Origin: Aliinostoc sp. HNIBRCY26
Lineage (GTDB): Bacteria; Cyanobacteriota; Cyanobacteriia; Cyanobacteriales; Nostocaceae
Assembly: GCF_050235535.1 (NCBI RefSeq)
Contig: NZ_CP189852.1
Coordinates: 6,324,585 to 6,356,584, forward strand
Length of the DNA stretch: 32,000 nt
Direction of reading: 5' to 3'
The notes below the pieces were generated by a model. It searched no databases. It worked only from the letters and a program-made list of their open reading frames with translations, and was not told where the DNA came from. Positions 8,114 to 14,107 of the stretch are shown piece after piece (positions within the stretch are counted from its first letter, which is position 1; the number at the start of each line of letters is the position of its first letter). The position numbers and the translations under genes are program-made.

Positions 8114-10454
8114 TCGGCAAAGATTTGAGTTTGCCCCGGCTGCTATCTTACGGGCTGCGGCTTGGCCTATCGAAACTATTCAAGGTTTCGGAAATCCAGA
8201 ACTCGCCCAATTGGCACTCGCAGCCAGCCGCAGTCAGGATGCTCACACCTGGAAAGAATACACAGATGCCTATCAACAGGTACACGCACAAGAGCGTGAA
8301 AGACTGTGGCAGATTACCGCAGGCGATTCCTGGTTTATGAAAGCATTGCTGTTGTCCAATCCATCCCTCGTCACCGAGGTAAAACGTGGGCTAACACTCC
8401 AAGAAGGGAAACGCACCAAAAAAATTCGCCATCTAGAAACAGCACTGTACCGTTTTCTCGCACGGGCGGCGGGACGCACCACACCCTATGGTTTATGGGC
8501 TGGTGTGGGTTTAGTCGAGTTGGGCAAGACAGCACAGCAAGCATCAACAAACGCCAAGTATACATTTACACCTGATTTGCGTCCTTGGCAAAGGATATTG
8601 CGAGCGATCGCCCACCGTACAGAATACCGTCAAGCAGCAACTTGGCGAATCAATCCTACCTTAAAGCGGCAAGCAGACGGCTCTTGGCGTTTTTGGGGGA
8701 GAAAGCCTGGTGGGTTAGTCGAACAGCGTGAAATTGATTCCCAAGAAATCGTAGATGTTCTTTTGGAGGAACTAATAAAATTAGAACTGGGAACATTAGA
8801 TCAACTGTCCACAACAGTAGCAGTTTCACCCCGATGGCACTATGCAGCTAACATACAAGAGATTCTGCGTATTTTCATTGATGGGGGTGTGCTTGTAGGC
8901 GGACTAGACCTACCCTATCAATTTGCAAATCCCTGGCAAGCCTTAGTTCTAGTAGCAGACAACCTGATTGAGCCAGATCTCCATCTTTGGCACAAAGCTA
9001 TTCACCAGATCCAGCAACTGAGCGATACTCTAGCGGCGCAGCTTGAGGTCATGTCTGTAGATGCACTAGGAGAGTATTTACAACAAGCCAAGACATATAT
9101 TCAGGAACTCGCCCAGGGTCTTAGCGTTGAACTCATCCAGCTACCCGATCCAGTGCTGCACTGTGATTTGGAGCTACCATTGCGGATTACCCTTGATCAG
9201 ACACAGCAAAATATTTTACTGCAAACACTCCGAGACTATGAAGACTGCTGGATTCAAGGCATTAGTCCAGCCTCAGCCTTGCGGATAGCATTCCGTGAGC
9301 GAATGCAACAAGAATTTGCAATGGGTGTAGCTCTTTGTGATCTAAAATCCAGCTTAACTGCCGAAATGACCAAAGCTCATAGTCATCCCGCAGTTGTCAC
9401 CCGCATAGCAGAGTGGGAACGCTGTTTATCTCACGGCACAGAGGAATTTATTCTAGAAACTAATAACAATGGGTTAAATTCCCCTCTTTCTACAGCCCCT
9501 TTTGGTTGCTTGTTTGTCGGTTTATTTGCAGGAGGCAACCCCGATGCAACTTTTACTACCAAAGATAAAATCAACTGTTTCCCCCACACCCCTAAACCCT
9601 TAGAATTTTTAGTTCATGGCATTGGTGATGAACCCGTGCGAATCTTTGCCCGGTTTAGCGAATTACTCAAGTGTGATCATGTACTGCATTCTTGGTTTCA
9701 AACCAGACTGGAGGATTTGGCAACCCAACATCACATTCAGGTGGCAGAACTACAAACTCCCTTTGAGCATAACCCTAATGTCTTGGCTCGTCCTAATTTC
9801 GGGATTGTGCCGATTGAGTTGTGGGGCGCAAGTGCAGAGACTGCATCCCTAGCTGGTGCCAAAATTTTTCTTGATGCTAAAACACAGCTATCTTTCTTAA
9901 AACTGTCTGCCTTTACCAATCCAGTAGCAGTATTTTGGTTTTCCTCAGCTGCGATCGCCAATTTTGATCCTATATGTGAACAGTTACTTTGGACTACCTT
10001 TCAGGATAACCCGATGGCAGTTTTTCGTGCTGCTACACAGCCCATGCCAGTCGAACTCAGCACACCCCGCTTCACCCCCCGTGTACGACTACCAAAAAAC
10101 GCTATTGTACGTCCCCGTCGTACTGTTTTGAGTGGGCAAACCTTAACGGAACTTGCCCAAATGCCTGCAATAGAGCGTTTTGCTAAGTGGCAACAATTAG
10201 CGGCTGAATATGGCTGGCCGATGCTGCTAAATCTGCAAATTGCGGGACAATATTCACTGTTGATACATCGGGATAGCCCCCTAGCCATAGAGTCCTTTTT
10301 CAAAAAAAACTTGTCAGCACAAACTCCCTGGCTAATTATCGAAGAGTTAGTCAATCAACCTTGGCTAGTTGACTCCCAAGGACAACATTACATAGCAGAA
10401 CTAGCCATACCGTTTGCCCGCAGTGAACACGGCTGGGGGAAATTAAAAATCTAA
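8106..10454 (+). CDS. Lantibiotic dehydratase N-terminal (LanB glutamylation-domain) family protein lacking an elimination domain; candidate PEARL (peptide aminoacyl-tRNA ligase) or split LanB
   Basis: The track ORF is 8031-10454. I place the start at ATG 8106 (Met26, MNNRQRFEFAPAAILRAAAWP...), which gives 782 aa. The hallmark Lant_dehydr_N block is present: KKIRHLETALYRFLARAAGRTTPYGLWAGVGLVELG. The length and the C-terminal region (RFTPRVRLPKNAIVRPRRTVL...LLNLQIAGQYSLLIHRDSPLAIESF) fit the roughly 800-aa N-terminal domain alone. I recognise no SpaB_C/elimination-like sequence in this ORF or elsewhere in the window. Confidence 0.8.
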   Translation: MNNRQRFEFAPAAILRAAAWPIETIQGFGNPELAQLALAASRSQDAHTWKEYTDAYQQVHAQERERLWQITAGDSWFMKALLLSNPSLVTEVKRGLTLQEGKRTKKIRHLETALYRFLARAAGRTTPYGLWAGVGLVELGKTAQQASTNAKYTFTPDLRPWQRILRAIAHRTEYRQAATWRINPTLKRQADGSWRFWGRKPGGLVEQREIDSQEIVDVLLEELIKLELGTLDQLSTTVAVSPRWHYAANIQEILRIFIDGGVLVGGLDLPYQFANPWQALVLVADNLIEPDLHLWHKAIHQIQQLSDTLAAQLEVMSVDALGEYLQQAKTYIQELAQGLSVELIQLPDPVLHCDLELPLRITLDQTQQNILLQTLRDYEDCWIQGISPASALRIAFRERMQQEFAMGVALCDLKSSLTAEMTKAHSHPAVVTRIAEWERCLSHGTEEFILETNNNGLNSPLSTAPFGCLFVGLFAGGNPDATFTTKDKINCFPHTPKPLEFLVHGIGDEPVRIFARFSELLKCDHVLHSWFQTRLEDLATQHHIQVAELQTPFEHNPNVLARPNFGIVPIELWGASAETASLAGAKIFLDAKTQLSFLKLSAFTNPVAVFWFSSAAIANFDPICEQLLWTTFQDNPMAVFRAATQPMPVELSTPRFTPRVRLPKNAIVRPRRTVLSGQTLTELAQMPAIERFAKWQQLAAEYGWPMLLNLQIAGQYSLLIHRDSPLAIESFFKKNLSAQTPWLIIEELVNQPWLVDSQGQHYIAELAIPFARSEHGWGKLKI

Positions 10455-10460
10455 CTTAAA

Positions 10461-10498
10461 AGTGATGAGTGCTGAGTGCTGAGTGGGGAGTGATGAGT
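10461..10498. repeat. STRR-like tandem heptamer array (AGTGNTG x5)
   Basis: The units are agtgatg agtgctg agtgctg agtgggg agtgatg agt. The array sits directly after the LanB-like stop codon (10452-10454). Confidence 0.8.
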
Positions 10499-10522
10499 CA
10501 ATTAGTGTTTGCTTCCTATGCT

Positions 10523-10553
10523 CCCCCATCCCCAATCCCCAATCCCCAATCCC
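10523..10553. repeat. STRR1-type tandem heptamer array (CCCCAAT, about 4 units)
   Basis: The units are cccccat ccccaat ccccaat ccccaat ccc. CCCCAAT heptamers are the classic short tandemly repeated repetitive (STRR) sequence of heterocystous cyanobacteria. Confidence 0.85.
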
Positions 10554-10570
10554 TCTTCCCTCTTTCATCT

Positions 10571-12064
10571 ATGACAATTCGCAGATTAAGTAACAAAATT
10601 AGATTCCAACTGATTTATCAGGATGAAACCAAATTTGGCAGTGCTGTCACTGGACAATGCGACACGACTATCCGGCGTTACTGCAAAAGCATCATGGCAC
10701 ACCGTCAACAATATGGTCTGGCAGATGTGGTGGCGCATTCACGGGAATTACTGGCAGCAACCATGATTCCTGGTGGACTGGCAGATTTGTATGCAAGTCC
10801 TGGGGTACTGCGAGAAGATTGGCTTTATCCCGATAGTCAAGCTGTTCAACCCGTTGTATTGCAATTGGAACACAATATTGGTGAAAGTATCGCCACCCTT
10901 AAACTATCGCCCCATCTCTTATCTGATTTAGCTTCATATTTAGGTGAATGGCAACAAGGAAGTCATGCTCCGACTACAACCGTGGCTCGTGAGTTATGGG
11001 ATGTGTTAAATGATTATGGCGCACTGGTTCAAGAGGCTATGCCTGCAACGTCTCTATCAAGTCATGCTACCTTTGTCGGTCACTCAACTCTACAATTTAG
11101 TGATGGCAACTCTAGTATTTTGTTTGATCCATTTGTGTTGCCCAAGTCTGAGGTTTATCCACCCAACTATCAACCCCTCAGCCTAGAGGAACTAGGACAA
11201 CCTGATGCCGTATTTATCACCCATTCTCATCCTGATCATTTTGATTTAGGCACATTGCTGAGACTTGGTGCTAACACAGCAATCTTTGTGCCTGAAGTGC
11301 AGCGAGAATCTGTATTGGCAATTGACATGGCATTGCGGCTGCGTCAGTTGGGGTTTGATAATGTTCACACCCTGAGCTGGTTTGAAGAAAGGCAAATTGG
11401 CGGGATCAGAGTTATTGCCTTGCCATTTTACGGTGAACAGGCTACCGTCGGGGAAGTCCTGCACCCAGAGATTCGTAATCAGGGTAACACCTATCTGGTT
11501 GAGTATTGCGATCGCCGTGTGGCACTAACCGCCGATTCTGGGCGTGACTATCTGGGAAATGTCAAAGAACTAGCAGATACAGCCAAAGAGCGTTATGGTT
11601 CGCTTGATATTCTCTTCGGTGGCTATCGTGGTTTTGGACTCTATCCAATTCAGTATCTATTTTCCTCAGTTGCCCGGTATTTGACTTTTGTACCTGAAAA
11701 GATTTGGCAAGTCCGGCAAAAAATGATGTGCGATGCCGATGATGTCATTGATGTCGCTGAAATCTGGAATGCTAAACGGCTTGTACCGTACTCCGATGGG
11801 GGTGCGCCTTGGTTTTGGCAACGTGGTCTTGGCCCTTGTCTAGATGGATCACAACCACACATTATGGCAGTTGATCCTACCCCAGACCATGTTTGTCAGG
11901 TAGCCAGTCAGCGTTCAGGGACTCGCAAAGATGGAGCGATCGCATCTCCCGTATCAATTTGTCTGCTGCGCCCTGGGGATGCTCTCATGTTTTCACAAGC
12001 AGATATTTCAGTTAAAAATCAGTCTTGGCCTTATGTAAATTCTTCAGGCTCTAAAACTAGGTAA
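10571..12064 (+). CDS. MBL-fold metallo-hydrolase (second copy) with a ~170-aa N-terminal extension of unknown function
   Basis: The track ORF is 10469-12064. Its first 34 codons are encoded by the two STRR arrays, so I prefer ATG 10571 (MTIRRLSNKIRFQ...), giving 497 aa. The MBL core reads ATFVGHSTLQFSDGNSSILFDPF...PDAVFITHSHPDHFD...VALTADSG. The N-terminal region (...TVARELWDVLNDYGALVQE) has no assignable family by eye. Confidence 0.75.
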   Translation: MTIRRLSNKIRFQLIYQDETKFGSAVTGQCDTTIRRYCKSIMAHRQQYGLADVVAHSRELLAATMIPGGLADLYASPGVLREDWLYPDSQAVQPVVLQLEHNIGESIATLKLSPHLLSDLASYLGEWQQGSHAPTTTVARELWDVLNDYGALVQEAMPATSLSSHATFVGHSTLQFSDGNSSILFDPFVLPKSEVYPPNYQPLSLEELGQPDAVFITHSHPDHFDLGTLLRLGANTAIFVPEVQRESVLAIDMALRLRQLGFDNVHTLSWFEERQIGGIRVIALPFYGEQATVGEVLHPEIRNQGNTYLVEYCDRRVALTADSGRDYLGNVKELADTAKERYGSLDILFGGYRGFGLYPIQYLFSSVARYLTFVPEKIWQVRQKMMCDADDVIDVAEIWNAKRLVPYSDGGAPWFWQRGLGPCLDGSQPHIMAVDPTPDHVCQVASQRSGTRKDGAIASPVSICLLRPGDALMFSQADISVKNQSWPYVNSSGSKTR

Positions 12065-12133
12065 TCTTAATATTTCAAACAAAGAAAATATCCTACTCAT
12101 CAATTATTAAAGCTACAATACAACCCTGATTTT

Positions 12134-12367
12134 TTACCATTTTGCTTGTAAGTAAAAACCACGAATTCCACCACCAGCAGTAGTTTGAGGTGCGCCTCTA
12201 TTGGGTGCAATAAATGGTTGATTAGTTTTTAGATGGGGCATTTTTAGCACAGGTGTTAACTCAAATTGCGGCTCTGGATTCGCTTTTGTGGATACACCAG
12301 AAATAACAGATAATCCCAAAAAAATAAAAATTGATGTCACACTTAAAATTTGATTTAGAGTATTCAT
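12134..12367 (-). CDS. Short secreted-looking protein (77 aa) carrying only the DUF928 N-terminal motif; it may be a DUF928 5' gene fragment
   Basis: The track ORF is 12134-12415. I prefer the start at ATG 12367-12365 (MNTLNQILSVTSIFIFLGLSVISGVSTKA..., signal-peptide-like). The block QPFIAPNRGAPQTTAGGGIRG matches QKFIPPNRQAPRTTAGGGSRG of the DUF928 protein at 19175-19909 in 16 of 21 positions. The ORF then ends at ...FYLQAKW-stop, so the rest of the DUF928 domain is missing. Confidence 0.45.
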   Translation of the reverse strand: MNTLNQILSVTSIFIFLGLSVISGVSTKANPEPQFELTPVLKMPHLKTNQPFIAPNRGAPQTTAGGGIRGFYLQAKW

Positions 12368-12649
12368 ATATTTTCTTGCTATTAATAAACACAACACTCT
12401 TTTGCAGAGTTGCAATTTCTTGCCCCCTACATAAGCGCATATTTTGTGTAGTTGAAAATCTCTATATATTTAAATTCACCCGATAAGAAAGGTTTTACGC
12501 AAACAATAACTACCCTCTATACTTTCGGCAATAAAATATGGGCATGGGAGCAAAATTTCTCCTACACCCCCACACCCTTACACCATTTCACGAAAAATAT
12601 GATACAGATGTAAATCCTGAAAACCTTGCTGCATCTGAGTTTTTTAATT

Positions 12650-12721
12650 GCGGTAGCGTCTCGGAGAGAAGCGGGACGTACCTGGAGGGGAAGCAAGCTA
12701 CGCGTTAGCGTTTCGGAGAGA
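12650..12721. repeat. Member(s) of a dispersed short GC-rich repeat family, with a local 16-nt direct repeat
   Basis: The direct repeat is tagcgtCtcggagaga (12654-12669) and tagcgtTtcggagaga (12706-12721). It flanks agcgggacgtacctggaggggaagcaagctacgcgt. The segment gtacctggaggggaagcaagctacgcgttagcgtttc (12678-12714) resembles the reverse complement of 25186-25222 (gtacccctccggggaagcaagctacgcgcagcgtctc). The decamer gcggtagcgt (12650) recurs inverted at about 14086-14095. The right-hand copy forms the last codons of the TVP38 gene. Confidence 0.6.
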
Positions 12722-13364
12722 GTTTAAATAACAACGGTGACACCGATAACAATACCAAAAAAACTGACGCGAGTATAAAAGAGGACGCGTCGCTTCCTTC
12801 TAAAGCGGTTTTTCCGGAAGCACCCAACCAAGTATAAGCAATCGTCCCTGGAATGACTCCAATTAAGGTTCCAAGGGTATAAATCTTCAGGTTGATTGCG
12901 GTTAGTGCCAATAAAAAGTTAATAATATTAAACGGAGCAATCGGGGCAAAGCGCAGAGATAGAACTAAGAAAAAGGGATTGCGTTCAAGTGCTTGATGCC
13001 ATTTTTGCAGCAGTTTATGTTGACCGAATTTTGCTACTGCCCAATCTCGAAATAGGTATCGAGTCAGACAAAATGCTCCTACTGCTCCCAATGTTGCGCC
13101 TAATGTAGACCAAAGGCTTCCCCATCCCAAACCAAAAACTACACCTCCAGTTAAGGTATGAATTGTTATCGGTAAACCTAAGACTGTAACCAATACGTAG
13201 GTGAAGATAAATAAGGGAACAGCCCAAATACCTAGTCTTTGCAACCAAAATGAGAGAATCTCTTGATTGAGCAAATTCCGTAAGGGAGTTGTGAAAAAGA
13301 GTAAGATTGCACTCAGCAGTAGTAATATCTGGAAATTTTTGCGGAGTAGACGCTTTAATCTCAC
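12705..13364 (-). CDS. TVP38/TMEM64 (DedA-related, SNARE-associated) family membrane protein
   Basis: This is the 219-aa track ORF with a GTG start (13362-13364). It is multi-pass hydrophobic and carries the family-typical block LPITIHTLTGGVVFGLGWGSLWSTLGATLGAVGAFCLTRYLFRDW. It starts 4 nt downstream of the previous gene's stop, so the two are probably co-transcribed. Confidence 0.75.
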   Translation of the reverse strand: MRLKRLLRKNFQILLLLSAILLFFTTPLRNLLNQEILSFWLQRLGIWAVPLFIFTYVLVTVLGLPITIHTLTGGVVFGLGWGSLWSTLGATLGAVGAFCLTRYLFRDWAVAKFGQHKLLQKWHQALERNPFFLVLSLRFAPIAPFNIINFLLALTAINLKIYTLGTLIGVIPGTIAYTWLGASGKTALEGSDASSFILASVFLVLLSVSPLLFKLSPKR

Positions 13365-13368
13365 GGAA

Positions 13369-13971
13369 CTACACTCCGTCCTGACTGGTTGACGAGTGCA
13401 TTAATGTTTTACGTAAATCAACTGCGTGAAAGATACTCAAAATATCACATTGCCAAGTTGGTAACAACAGCGTCATAGCAATTTCTTCTAAACTATTGAG
13501 CCAACAAAGCGCGATCGCAAACCAAAGGGTGTTTACGTAACCAAAACCAAATAGCCCCACAGTCGCCGCAAGTAGGGCTAATCCCCATGCTTTAGCAGTG
13601 TAGGTATGGAAACTAGGGAATTTTTGAAACTTGATTAAACTAATTGCGAATAATATGAGTTGGATAGCGATCGCAGACAATAAAGGTACTCGAAAATCGA
13701 TGATTACTTGGGGATATACTAACCAGGTACTAATAGCCACACACAAATACAAACAAATATCAGCCCAGCTATCTGCTTGACGAAGTTGGGTTGTACTAAC
13801 CTTTAAGCGACGGGCAATAATACCATCAAAAATGTCTGAAAGTACGGCAATAATGTAACCAATGATGAACCAAAAACTGGTTTTATGGTCTAAAGCATCG
13901 AAAACTAGTAAAGGAGCTAGAGCGAAGCGCATCCCCACTAAAATACTCGGAAGATGTGACAGTTTGATCAT
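13369..13971 (-). CDS. CDP-alcohol phosphatidyltransferase family protein
   Basis: This is the 200-aa track ORF, a polytopic membrane protein. SDIFDGIIARRLKVSTTQLRQADSWADI fits the D-x2-D-G-x2-A-R...D-x3-D signature, although the central Gly is not obvious. Confidence 0.7.
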   Translation of the reverse strand: MIKLSHLPSILVGMRFALAPLLVFDALDHKTSFWFIIGYIIAVLSDIFDGIIARRLKVSTTQLRQADSWADICLYLCVAISTWLVYPQVIIDFRVPLLSAIAIQLILFAISLIKFQKFPSFHTYTAKAWGLALLAATVGLFGFGYVNTLWFAIALCWLNSLEEIAMTLLLPTWQCDILSIFHAVDLRKTLMHSSTSQDGV

Positions 13972-14107
13972 CGTTCCCCACTTTCCTGAAATTAATTAAA
14001 TTAGGATAAAAACTGTAATAAAATCGACAAATTTGCTACAAGTATAACAATACAGCAGTGCAAGAGCGATCGCTTTTCCATGCTTGGCAACGCTACCGCG
14101 CACTACC

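Noticed and set aside
10469-10570. The 34-codon N-terminal extension of the second MBL ORF as given in the track (MLSAEWGVMSQLVFASYAPPSPIPNPQSLFPLSS)
   Set aside because: These codons consist almost entirely of two STRR heptamer arrays (AGTGNTG x5 and CCCCAAT x4). That is characteristic of intergenic DNA in these genomes. The ATG at 10571 gives a sensible start.
12538-12708. A 56-codon plus-strand ORF (MGMGAKFLLHPHTLTPFHEKYDTDVNPENLAASEFFNCGSVSERSGTYLEGKQATR), considered as a possible precursor peptide
   Set aside because: It is built largely from the octamer repeat (12559-12588) and the GC-rich dispersed repeat (12650-12708). It also overlaps the end of the TVP38 gene on the other strand. 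It shows no leader-like or double-glycine features.
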